DNA of 64,000 nucleotides from Myxococcales bacterium (GTDB lineage Bacteria; Myxococcota; Myxococcia; Myxococcales; UBA5297): NCBI GenBank assembly GCA_050288705.1, contig JBNKEI010000093.1, positions 1,460 to 65,459 of the forward strand, read 5' to 3'. Shown piece by piece: positions 29,709 to 39,262 of this stretch (position 1 is its first letter; each line of letters starts with the position of its first letter). The notes under the pieces were generated by a model. It saw only the letters and a program-made list of their open reading frames with translations, ran no database searches and was not told where the DNA came from. The position numbers and the translations under genes were made by a program.

Positions 29709-29884
29709 GTTGTCTGCCTTCCAACATTACTCTAGTCCAGGCAAGGTAGCCCTTAGTACCTACAAGGTTTTTTTGATGGCAAAGTTGCTCTTCGTCGGAA
29801 CACCCTCCTATACTTAATAGAACCACTGGGGGTTTTAGGATGCGCCATACGCGGGAAAACTCGATCGTCGCTCGAATCGCTTCA

Positions 29885-31906
29885 ATGCAAGATTTGTCGC
29901 TGTATCAAGAACAGAATTGGGAAGGCAGTTTTGACGACTATTTGAGAATCGTCAAAGAGAATCCCAAAGTCACTCGAACTGCCTTTCAACGCATATATGA
30001 CATGATTCTGTCTCACGGAAAAACCGAGTACATCGACAACAAGAAAAGGCTGCTGCTCTACCACTTTTTCCACGACGAAAAATTTGGGGGTAAAGATGCC
30101 ATTTTTGGATTAGACGTGCCCTTGATGAAGCTGGTAAATGTATTCAAGAGTGCGGCACAAAGATACGGAACCGAACGCCGAGTGCTGCTTTTGCATGGTC
30201 CGGTAGGGTCCTCCAAATCGACTATCGCTCGATTATTGAAAAAGGGATTAGAAGAGTACTCCAAAACACCAGAAGGTGCGCTTTACACCTTTTCCTGGAT
30301 TATGCCCAAAAAAAATAAAGATGGCCAAGTAGAAACTGAATTAATGAGCTGTCCCATGCATGAGGATCCTTTGCATTTAATTCCCGTCGAATGGCGAGAA
30401 AAAGTCATTCACGAGTTAATGGGCGGGTCATCTTCCGGTTTCGAGATCCCTTTAGGGGGAGAATTATGCCCGGCGTGTCGCTTTTTGTATCGCGAAAAAA
30501 TGGCCGAGCTCAAAGGAGACTTTGCCGCAGTAATGGACCATATTCGAGTACGACGGCTCATTCTTTCTGAAAAAGACCGGGTAGGCATTGGAACTTTTCA
30601 ACCCAAAGATGAAAAGAACCAAGACTCGACTGAGCTAACTGGTGATATCAATTACCGCAAAATTGCCGAATATGGCTCGGACTCCGATCCTCGCGCCTTC
30701 AATTTTGATGGCGAATTCAATATTTCCAATAGGGGCATAATCGAATTTGTGGAAATTTTAAAACTTGATGTTGCCTTCCTATATGATCTTTTAGGTGCTA
30801 CGCAAGAACACAAAATCAAACCCAAAAAGTTTCCCCAGACTGACATTGATGAAGTAATTCTGGGGCACACTAATGAACCCGAATATAAAAAACTGCAAAA
30901 CAATGAGTTTATGGAAGCACTGCGCGATCGCACTGTAAAAATAGATATTCCTTACATCACCAAATTATCGGAAGAGGTAAAAATCTACGAAAAAGATTTC
31001 AATTCTCGCCGAATTAGGGGTAAGCATATTGCCCCCCATACATTGGAAATGTCGGCAATGTGGGCAGTGCTAACTCGATTAGAGGAGCCTAAAAAACATA
31101 ATCTGACGTTATTGCAGAAGCTCAAATTGTACAACGGTAAAACCCTTCCTAACTTTACCGAGGACAATATCAAAGAACTTCGCAAAGAAGCCCTACGAGA
31201 AGGAATGGAAGGAATAAGTCCTCGATACGTTCAAGACAAAATATCTAACGCCTTAGTATCTGATAAGGGCGAAGGATGTATGAATCCATTTATGGTCCTC
31301 AACGAATTAGACGCTGGTTTAAAAACACATTCGCTTATTTCCAGTGAGGACCAGCGCAAGCATTATCGAGAACTGCTCACCGTAGTTAAGTCAGAATACG
31401 AAGACACCGTAAAAAACGAGGTACAGCGCGCCATAAGCGCCGATGAAGACGCCATTAGCAAACTGTGTGGAAACTACATTGACAACATCAAAGCCTATAC
31501 CCAAAAAGAAAAGGTGCGCAATAAATATACCGGCCAATACGAAGAGCCCGACGAAAGGCTTATGCGTGCAATAGAAGAAAAGATTGATATTCCAGACACG
31601 CGAAAAGATGATTTTCGCAGAGAAATCATGAATTACATTGGCGCATTGGCTGTTGAGGGAAAAACCTTTAATTATCGCACCAATGAACGTTTGCATAAAG
31701 CCTTGGAGCTAAAGCTTTTTGAGGATCAAAAAGATTCCATCAAGCTTAAGAATTTAGTGAGCTCAGTGGTCGATAAAGAAACTCAAGAAAAAATCGATGT
31801 AGTCAAAGATCGAATGATTAAAAATTATGGCTATTGTGAAATATGCTCCACCGACGTGCTTAACTTTGTAGCAAGCATTTTTGCTCGTGGAGATGCCAAA
31901 GAATAA
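29885..31906 (+). CDS. prkA: PrkA/YeaG-family AAA-type serine protein kinase
   Basis: ATG 29885 gives [27 protein letters not shown], which parallels the B. subtilis PrkA N-terminus. P-loop [13 protein letters not shown] and a length near 670 aa. Confidence 0.93.
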   Translation: MQDLSLYQEQNWEGSFDDYLRIVKENPKVTRTAFQRIYDMILSHGKTEYIDNKKRLLLYHFFHDEKFGGKDAIFGLDVPLMKLVNVFKSAAQRYGTERRVLLLHGPVGSSKSTIARLLKKGLEEYSKTPEGALYTFSWIMPKKNKDGQVETELMSCPMHEDPLHLIPVEWREKVIHELMGGSSSGFEIPLGGELCPACRFLYREKMAELKGDFAAVMDHIRVRRLILSEKDRVGIGTFQPKDEKNQDSTELTGDINYRKIAEYGSDSDPRAFNFDGEFNISNRGIIEFVEILKLDVAFLYDLLGATQEHKIKPKKFPQTDIDEVILGHTNEPEYKKLQNNEFMEALRDRTVKIDIPYITKLSEEVKIYEKDFNSRRIRGKHIAPHTLEMSAMWAVLTRLEEPKKHNLTLLQKLKLYNGKTLPNFTEDNIKELRKEALREGMEGISPRYVQDKISNALVSDKGEGCMNPFMVLNELDAGLKTHSLISSEDQRKHYRELLTVVKSEYEDTVKNEVQRAISADEDAISKLCGNYIDNIKAYTQKEKVRNKYTGQYEEPDERLMRAIEEKIDIPDTRKDDFRREIMNYIGALAVEGKTFNYRTNERLHKALELKLFEDQKDSIKLKNLVSSVVDKETQEKIDVVKDRMIKNYGYCEICSTDVLNFVASIFARGDAKE

Positions 31907-32002
31907 TCGGGGTTTTGGTTGAGTGGCAGCCAGCAAAGAGGCAATTTGCCGACTGCCGCCAAACCTGGAAAAATACCAGGGACATTGGAAACGAGAGGAC
32001 GG

Positions 32003-33109
32003 ATGTCGCTGAAGATCAAGCAAGATCACAATCGCTTTAAGCAGATAGTGCGCGGCCGAATTAAATCTAATTTGCGTAAATATTTGCAGAAGGGAGAGAT
32101 GATCGGCAAAAAAGGAAAAGATATTATTTCTATTCCTATGCCCACCATTGATATTCCTCATTTCCAATTTGGGCACAAGCGACAAGGAGGAGTAGGACAA
32201 GGAGAAGGCGACGCTGGCTCGGTATTGGCTCCAGGAAACGTGCAGCCTAGCCCCGGTCAAGCGGGAGAAGAAGAAGGAAATCATTCATTAGAAGTAGACG
32301 TCCATTTGGATGAATTGGCTAGTTTACTGGGCGAAGAGCTGGCTCTGCCCCGCATTCAGCCAAAGGGACACGAGCGCATATTTACTCCGCGAGTGAAATA
32401 CACAGGAATTAATACTACTGGTCCAGAGTCACTACGTCATTTTCGAAGAACTTTCAAACAAGCTCTCAAGCGCCAAATTGCCAGTGGTAGCTATAATCCT
32501 GAACGCCCAGTTATTGTCCCCTGCCGAGAAGACAAGCGTTACCGCTCCTGGAAAATCGAAAACGTGCCCCAATCAAATGCGGTGGTAATTTACATGATGG
32601 ATGTCTCCGGATCGATGGGAGACGAGCAAAAAGAAATAGTGCGGGTAGAAAGTTTTTGGATCGACACTTGGCTACGCAGCCAATACAAGGGGATCGAAGT
32701 ACGGTATATTATTCATGACGCAGTGGCACGCGAAGTAGATAGGGATACCTTTTTTCACACCCGCGAATCTGGCGGAACAATGATTTCTTCAGCGTACAAA
32801 ACCTGTCGCGATTTAATTAAAGCTGATTACCCATCATTTGCTTGGAATATCTACCCTTTCCATTTTTCCGACGGCGATAACTGGTCTGCAGATGACACTC
32901 AAGCCTGTATCGACATTCTCCGAAACGATCTTCTGCCAGCTTCTAATTTGTTTTGTTACGGGCAAGTAGAAAGCCCCTACGGTTCCGGACAGTTCATTAA
33001 AGATTTGCGTGAAGTATTTGGTGGTACCGAAAATGTTTCCCTTTCCGAAATCGCCGACAAGGATGCAATTTATAGTTCGATTAAGGAGTTTTTGGGCAAG
33101 GGAAAATAG
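32003..33109 (+). CDS. yhbH: YhbH/YeaH (DUF444) protein with vWA-like MIDAS motif
   Basis: ORF trimmed to ATG 32003 (GAGAGGA upstream). Motif [18 protein letters not shown]. The gene sits between prkA and spoVR, as in the conserved triad. Confidence 0.88.
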   Translation: MSLKIKQDHNRFKQIVRGRIKSNLRKYLQKGEMIGKKGKDIISIPMPTIDIPHFQFGHKRQGGVGQGEGDAGSVLAPGNVQPSPGQAGEEEGNHSLEVDVHLDELASLLGEELALPRIQPKGHERIFTPRVKYTGINTTGPESLRHFRRTFKQALKRQIASGSYNPERPVIVPCREDKRYRSWKIENVPQSNAVVIYMMDVSGSMGDEQKEIVRVESFWIDTWLRSQYKGIEVRYIIHDAVAREVDRDTFFHTRESGGTMISSAYKTCRDLIKADYPSFAWNIYPFHFSDGDNWSADDTQACIDILRNDLLPASNLFCYGQVESPYGSGQFIKDLREVFGGTENVSLSEIADKDAIYSSIKEFLGKGK

Positions 33110-33147
33110 ATAAAGCACAGTGGAGCGAGGCTCGACAACTTTCGAGT

Positions 33148-34653
33148 ATGCCTACAAAGGAGCAAACTTTGTCCTTACCAGCTCGCCTAAGCGAACTAAA
33201 ACAACAAATCGAAGGTTATGCCAGAGAGTATGGGCTCGATCCTTTCGAAACCATATTTGAGGTGCTTAGTTTTGATCAAATGAACATGGTAGCTGCATAC
33301 GGAGGATTTCCCAGTCGCTATCCTCATTGGCGATTTGGCATGGAGTATGAGCATTTAGCTAAGGGATATGAATATGGTCTTTCCAAAATTTATGAAATGG
33401 TGATTAACAACGAGCCTTGCTACGCTTACTTGCTGGAATCTAATGCCGAGGTTGACCAAAAACTGGTCATGGCCCACGTGTATGGGCACAGTGATTTTTT
33501 CAGAAACAATTTTTCTTTTCAAAAAACCAATCGGAAAATGATGGATGAAATGGCCAATCATTCCACTCGTGTGCGCCGTTGGATCGACCGGTTGGGCCTT
33601 GACCAGGTAGAACACTTTATTGATCGGGCTCTCTCATTAGAAAATCTAATTGATTATCATGCTCCGTATATTGCGCGGCATCCTTCCAACAAAACAAATA
33701 TTGAAGCAGAAGAACCTGTAGATGTTCCAGGATTCAAAGTTGAACGCGAATATATGCGCGGATACGTCAATCCCAAGGAATACCTTGACGCACAGAGAAA
33801 AAAGCTTCAAGACGAAAGACAAAAAACAAAACGATTTCCCGAACATCCAGAACGCGATATATTGCTCTTTTTATTAGAGCATGCTCCCTTGGAGCGATGG
33901 GAATTCGACTTGCTTTCCATAGTGCGAGAAGAAGCCTACTATTTTGCTCCACAAGGACAAACTAAAATCATGAATGAAGGATGGGCTAGTTATTGGCATT
34001 CGACTATCATGACCCACCGAGCCCTGAAAGATTCGGAATTAATTGATTATGCCGATCATCATTCTGGTACTCTTGGCTCTAGACCCGGTTCGATCAACCC
34101 TTACAAATTAGGCATCGAGCTATTTCGACATATTGAAGACCGCTGGAATAAAGGACGTTTTGGAAAAGAATTTGACGACTGCGACGATTTAAGAGAACGA
34201 CAGATGTGGGACAAAAAACTCGGTTTAGGACGCCAAAAAATCTTTGAAGTGCGCCGCCACTACAATGACGTTACCTTTATAGACGAGTTTCTTACTCCCG
34301 AATTCGCCATGGACCAAAAATTGTTTGTTTACGGGTTTAATGAAAAAAGAAATGTTTGGGAGATTACTACCCGGGAATTTAAATCAGTTAAAGAAAAACT
34401 GCTTCGACAATTAACAAATTTCGGGCAACCAATCATTGAAGCCGTCGATGGAAACTTTGAAAATCGAGCTGAGCTCTGCCTGGCGCATAAGCACGACGGA
34501 ACCGATCTTAAAATCGATTATGCCCGGGACACATTGCGCAATTTGCAGACCCTATGGAAAAGGCCAGTCAATATCATTACAAAACTAGATGAAAAAAGAA
34601 CTCTTCTTCGATTTGATGGAAAAGATCATTCGGAAAAGCGGGTCGATCTTTAA
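33148..34653 (+). CDS. spoVR: SpoVR/YcgB family protein
   Basis: Family-typical motifs AYGGFPSRYPHWRFGMEYE, MAHVYGHSDFF and IMNEGWASYWH. It is the third gene of the prkA-yhbH-spoVR arrangement. Confidence 0.92.
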   Translation: MPTKEQTLSLPARLSELKQQIEGYAREYGLDPFETIFEVLSFDQMNMVAAYGGFPSRYPHWRFGMEYEHLAKGYEYGLSKIYEMVINNEPCYAYLLESNAEVDQKLVMAHVYGHSDFFRNNFSFQKTNRKMMDEMANHSTRVRRWIDRLGLDQVEHFIDRALSLENLIDYHAPYIARHPSNKTNIEAEEPVDVPGFKVEREYMRGYVNPKEYLDAQRKKLQDERQKTKRFPEHPERDILLFLLEHAPLERWEFDLLSIVREEAYYFAPQGQTKIMNEGWASYWHSTIMTHRALKDSELIDYADHHSGTLGSRPGSINPYKLGIELFRHIEDRWNKGRFGKEFDDCDDLRERQMWDKKLGLGRQKIFEVRRHYNDVTFIDEFLTPEFAMDQKLFVYGFNEKRNVWEITTREFKSVKEKLLRQLTNFGQPIIEAVDGNFENRAELCLAHKHDGTDLKIDYARDTLRNLQTLWKRPVNIITKLDEKRTLLRFDGKDHSEKRVDL

Positions 34654-34786
34654 GCCTTCAAAAAAGCTCAGTGCACCATTCAGCACTGCACTTGACCAGA
34701 ATTGAAAATCACGGCATTTTACGAGCGATAGTTGGCTCTTCGATAAATGCAAAAATGCAAGATTGTAAAGAACTAGAAAACAAAAA

Positions 34787-34820
34787 GGGGGAAATCCACT
34801 TCCTTTCCCCCTTTCTTTTC
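34787..34820. terminator. Bidirectional rho-independent terminator between spoVR and the convergent secreted-protein gene
   Basis: GGGGGAAA (34787-34794), a 9-nt loop, then TTTCCCCC (34804-34811). It is followed by TTTCTTTTC on the plus strand and preceded by an A-run (CAAAAA) that reads as a U-run on the minus strand. Confidence 0.7.
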
Positions 34821-34847
34821 ATTTCGAAATAAAATTTATGAGCTTAT

Positions 34848-35888
34848 CTAAAATCCGCACACCACAGCGTGGGCAACAATATATATGTCACCAGATGTTG
34901 CCACTATAAAGGCATCATTCGTTAGTGCACCCAAATCCCCATGTATGAAAGGATATTGTCCTGGGGCTACAGTATAATCATCATTTACATCCCGGGCTAA
35001 GATTTCATTGCCCACCCAAAGATGTGTTTCATTCAATGTATAGCCGGCATCCATACTGTATGTTACCGTAGCAGTTGTGCCATTGTAATCGAGGAATAGT
35101 GTTCCTACTATTGTTCCTTTGGTTATGTCACTCTGCCCGGCGCCAGCGTAAATATCAAATTCATAATTGCCCTGCCCCAATGACCCAATGCTCCATCCCC
35201 AACGATTGAAATCGCCGATACCGTCTCCACTCTCATCAATTTCAAGGAAAGAGTTGGTTGTATCGCTGTCAATGGCATTTGTTCCGCCGCCGTATGTAAA
35301 CGCGGTCTCGCATTTATCGCCTCCGCCTGAAGTGCTGCAGTTAAGGGTAATGGTGAAATAAGTACCCCACATACCTTGTTCCACAAACCGGTCTCCGTCT
35401 GCCCAGCCTGTCTCGGTTTGGATAACATTGCCGCCGCTATCTACTTTTCGAAGGGAAGCATGCGCAGCAACAAAATAATTGGCGTCATCTGCTGGGCACG
35501 AAAAACCAATACTAGCTAGCGGTACGGACACTGTGTAAACCGTGGCACCAGTAATATCTCCAGACGCATAGGGAAAGTTTCCAATTTTGGGGTTACCCTG
35601 TCTAGTCTGCGGCATGTCAGCGATTTCTGATCCAACCCACAGATGAGTTTCTTCCAATTGCCACCCACCTGATGTTTCATAGACAATTAGGAGATCATCT
35701 CCGTTGACTTCAGCGCATACACTTCCCGCGTTAATTGTCTGTCCAGCATAAAGAATTTCGCAGTGAACACCGCTGCTATTGGCAGTAGCCACGGTTGCAG
35801 CAAGGCTCTGGTTTGTTGAGGCAACCAAAACAAAGAACATAGCTGCCATAAACACACAAGGTAGTTTAGTTATAACTTTTGTTTTCAT
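34848..35888 (-). CDS. Secreted protein with two tandem copies of an unrecognised ~150-aa domain
   Basis: Signal peptide FMAAMFFVLVASTNQSLAATVA. There is an internal duplication: ...WQLEETHLWVGSEIADMP...FPY...YFVAAHASL versus ...YTLNETHLWVGNEILARD...YPF...YIVAHAVV. Confidence 0.75.
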   Translation of the reverse strand: MKTKVITKLPCVFMAAMFFVLVASTNQSLAATVATANSSGVHCEILYAGQTINAGSVCAEVNGDDLLIVYETSGGWQLEETHLWVGSEIADMPQTRQGNPKIGNFPYASGDITGATVYTVSVPLASIGFSCPADDANYFVAAHASLRKVDSGGNVIQTETGWADGDRFVEQGMWGTYFTITLNCSTSGGGDKCETAFTYGGGTNAIDSDTTNSFLEIDESGDGIGDFNRWGWSIGSLGQGNYEFDIYAGAGQSDITKGTIVGTLFLDYNGTTATVTYSMDAGYTLNETHLWVGNEILARDVNDDYTVAPGQYPFIHGDLGALTNDAFIVATSGDIYIVAHAVVCGF

Positions 35889-36659
35889 TTTAAGCCTTTC
35901 AATTATTTTTGAGGTGGTTTTTTTGAAAGCGGCACAAAAACTGATTTCTTAAATCGGATTCATTCCTCCCCTATTGTTCTACTATTAGGCAAAATGGCGT
36001 ATACATAAATAGAAATCGATAGCAAAATATCTAAGATTAAATATATGTCAATCAAGAAATAGCAATTTTATTTTGTAGACATATGTATGAATTTGTCATT
36101 GTCACTATTCTGAGAACAGATATCTATTGTCGAGTCGAAAACGGTCCCCGCCCTAACCTTTAATGGAAATTTGTAGAACGCAGTCCCCACAATTGTCCGT
36201 CCTAATGCCACTGTCGGGTTCTGTCGCATTAAGATTTTTACCATACTGACAGTGAATTTTTATAATTATCCAAGAAATAAACAATTATATTTAATAAGCC
36301 AAGCCTTTGCTTTTATTTCACCAATCTTGGTGAACGCTTCGAGCACTTCTTTGATGTCCTTGCGAGTTAGTCTGTCAAAAAATTTTCGCGACTTGAAATG
36401 ACTTATAAAATTTCGATACTTATACAATTAGTCACTTCACTTCTCTTTGATTTCGTAGTTGGTCATAGCATATTCACTTGGGCTATAAGTCCGCGCTTCG
36501 CCTTCTGCGCTGCATTTTGGCGAGAGAATAGGTGTTTTGATAGTGAATCTAATGTAATCACGATGGAATTATTTTTCATACACCGGTAACGCGGTTCATT
36601 CTTTCGTAGAATTGTCCTCCCACAAATAATACGGCACGGTCATTGCTTATCTAGAGGTA

Positions 36660-37853
36660 ATGAATCAATTTATCAAAACCTTGGTTTTGCTGAACATTTT
36701 TCTAGAAATAGGCTGTGGTAGTCAAAATCGCCTTTCACCATCGGACGCTATGCCAGAAACAGAAAGCAATAATTCGTCGTCTTCGGAAGTTCCTCCTGCT
36801 CTTTTACCCTACTTCCAGGTAGTTACCGCCAGCACTGTTCCTTACAATCAAGAATTTTCAACACTTACTACGTTTCGCATTCCCTTTAGATCCATGAAGT
36901 CAGGCACCCAGGTACAGCTCGCATTGCGCAGTGGAGCTATTCCTCTACAAATTCGTGGAACATGGATTGGCCAACACCTCGGGTTAGGCAGAACTAAAAA
37001 AAACACACCATTGCTTTTTTCGGGAAAGCACGACTTGGTTGTTCCTGCCCATACCGAGGTAATTTCCGATGCCCTCTCCTACCCCATGGTTTCTAATGAA
37101 CGTTTTGCCATTTCTATTACTGCTTCTGGAGGAATGCCGCAGGGGCAAGACATTGTCAATGACGGAATGCTAGCTGAAGGGAACTGGGGTGAAAGCGAAA
37201 CTATAGACGGCACTGCCGAACCAACGATTTATGGCATAAAATGGGTCGCGGTTTTTGGGCCTCCCCAAAAAATTATCGCTGTGCTGGGAGACAGTATTGG
37301 TGCAGGGATGGCATCGCAAGGCTTGGAAGACCGATTTATTGAAGTTGCTCAGCAGGAGCTACGGTATCCAGTAGTAGACGCCTCTGAAGGTGGCGATGGA
37401 GTAGAAAGAGCTTACGATCGCATTGTTTCCGACGTTTTCAACCCGCCAGGTATTACTGATTGCGTCGTACAAGTTGGAACCAACGATCTCCATCGAGAAG
37501 ATGCAGATTTCGTTATTCGCGGTTTGCGACGAATATTCACTAAGCTCAGAGAAAGAGAAATCCGGCCATGGGGAGGAACCATTCTTCCCAAGGGAGAAGG
37601 TAACCTTACACTAGGTGGCGAGAAGGTTCGCCAGGAAATCAACCAGTTTATTAAAACAACCCCGTTGGTAGAGGGGGTAGTAGATTTTGCGACCGCAGTT
37701 GCCGATCCCTTGAACCCTTCCCATCCACGCCAGGGCATGCTCTCACAAGATGGTATTCATCCTAGCAGCGCAGGCCATCGCGCCATGGCTCGTGCTCTGG
37801 TGCAAGCCATACGCGCTAAAGAATCTCCCGGATATGAAGATAATGCACAGTAA
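36660..37853 (+). CDS. SGNH/GDSL-family hydrolase lipoprotein
   Basis: Lipobox-like FLEIGC|GS. SGNH blocks VLGDSIGAG, VQVGTNDL and DGIHPS. Confidence 0.85.
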   Translation: MNQFIKTLVLLNIFLEIGCGSQNRLSPSDAMPETESNNSSSSEVPPALLPYFQVVTASTVPYNQEFSTLTTFRIPFRSMKSGTQVQLALRSGAIPLQIRGTWIGQHLGLGRTKKNTPLLFSGKHDLVVPAHTEVISDALSYPMVSNERFAISITASGGMPQGQDIVNDGMLAEGNWGESETIDGTAEPTIYGIKWVAVFGPPQKIIAVLGDSIGAGMASQGLEDRFIEVAQQELRYPVVDASEGGDGVERAYDRIVSDVFNPPGITDCVVQVGTNDLHREDADFVIRGLRRIFTKLREREIRPWGGTILPKGEGNLTLGGEKVRQEINQFIKTTPLVEGVVDFATAVADPLNPSHPRQGMLSQDGIHPSSAGHRAMARALVQAIRAKESPGYEDNAQ

Positions 37854-38023
37854 TCGCAAAAATTTCATAGCATCTTTGAATTAAATGGAAGGCAATCACT
37901 GATTGACCTTCATAAATATCAACAACATAACGCTCAAGTGTTCTCAATACAGCGTTGGCTTAGTTAATGAATAGCTCTTGGGGGACTAGACCCTTAGGCA
38001 ATCTATGCGGGGCGGGGATCCCG

Positions 38024-38059
38024 GCAGCCGTCCAATAATCGTGGACGGCTGCTTTGGTT
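38024..38059 (+). terminator. Rho-independent terminator downstream of the SGNH hydrolase gene
   Basis: A 10-bp stem GCAGCCGTCC (38024-38033) / GGACGGCTGC (38043-38052) is followed by TTTGGTT. It abuts the stop of the convergent gene. Confidence 0.6.
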
Positions 38060-39182
38060 AAAATTGTCCGGAAATTCCTGCTTGAGCTCCAGAGGCGGAA
38101 GGCACAAACCAGAAAAGATAGGCTCCACTTCCTGCAACCATAGCCGTCCCCAGGCCTAATAGAACCAATCCGGAGTTGCGAGCTGAGCGGAAATTACTTG
38201 ATTTCTCTCGAGCTACGTCAAAATCGCTATAACGAACATTGCCTCCGCTTGTAATCTTTTCTCGCGCCTCATTTCGGAATGATACCGCCCGAAGCTCTTG
38301 CACTACTCCGCCCAGAAGAAGAGTAGCGCCAATGGCTGCACCTGCGTACCCCGGCCACTTAGGAAGGAAATAAGTTGAATTAGTTGCTGTACTTTCAGTT
38401 TGCGGAGAAGTTTTTTCCCCATCCACCAAATTCACTATTTCGGGCAAGGGAATGGATTCATTGCTTTCCTCCAGTGGAGGGGGTGGAGGTAACGCAATAG
38501 AATTAGAAGAAACCGCGCGATTCCAGGTAGAATAAGAAACTAAAGGAGTGGTTTTATTATCTTTGAATGAAACCAGCACCGTTTTATTAAACTCAACTTT
38601 TACTTTTTTTGAGCCTGACTTTCCTTTCACTTTCCTTTCAATCTTATAAGTTCCCACTGGCAAGACAAACGGTTCGCCGTCCTTAACTTCTTTGCTATCT
38701 ATCCACAATTTCCCAGTGCGTGTCGCGCTAAGTACTAATTGCCCAACATATTTTTCCTTGGCCTTAAGTTGGAGGACTTTTCCGCGAGCAACCAATATTA
38801 GGTCTTCAAAGTCATTTCTGACTTTCTCGGTAAGCTTTATTGCCTTACTTCGTTCCGAGGAGTCAACCAAGACTACCGAAACTAAGTATCCATTTTTCAA
38901 CTTTTTTAACGAATAATAAAAAATCTCCTGGGCATTTACCGACTTTCCACGTCCTGCCAAGCATGCAAATTGTCCCCGCTGACATTTACCAGAGCCTTTT
39001 GCGCTAGTTACTACGTTCAGATATTCCAAATTCTCTAGCTCTGCATGAATAGCCTTTTTTACCCTAAGGACGTCTTTAGCGGGAATCCCTTCAGAAACAA
39101 TGGGATAAATTGCAATAGTCGGCTTTGGAGCGGCCCAACTCATTCCTCCCCACGCCAAAAAAGCTACTACTAACCAACGCAT
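38058..39182 (-). CDS. Exported protein with PEGA-like beta domain, Pro-rich spacer and C-terminal TM anchor
   Basis: ATG 39182 (GGAGG upstream) gives the signal MRWLVVAFLAWGGMSWAAP. PEGA-like LVLSATRTGKLWIDSKEV..LPVGTYKIERK, then PPPPPLEE, then a C-terminal hydrophobic LVLLGLGTAMVAGSGAYLFWFV. Confidence 0.7.
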   Translation of the reverse strand: MRWLVVAFLAWGGMSWAAPKPTIAIYPIVSEGIPAKDVLRVKKAIHAELENLEYLNVVTSAKGSGKCQRGQFACLAGRGKSVNAQEIFYYSLKKLKNGYLVSVVLVDSSERSKAIKLTEKVRNDFEDLILVARGKVLQLKAKEKYVGQLVLSATRTGKLWIDSKEVKDGEPFVLPVGTYKIERKVKGKSGSKKVKVEFNKTVLVSFKDNKTTPLVSYSTWNRAVSSNSIALPPPPPLEESNESIPLPEIVNLVDGEKTSPQTESTATNSTYFLPKWPGYAGAAIGATLLLGGVVQELRAVSFRNEAREKITSGGNVRYSDFDVAREKSSNFRSARNSGLVLLGLGTAMVAGSGAYLFWFVPSASGAQAGISGQF

Positions 39183-39262
39183 GAGTCCTCCAGGTACAAG
39201 GCTTGAGCATAGGTCTTGACATACCATAACGTAGCACCTTTAATGGGGTTACCATACCTTGT

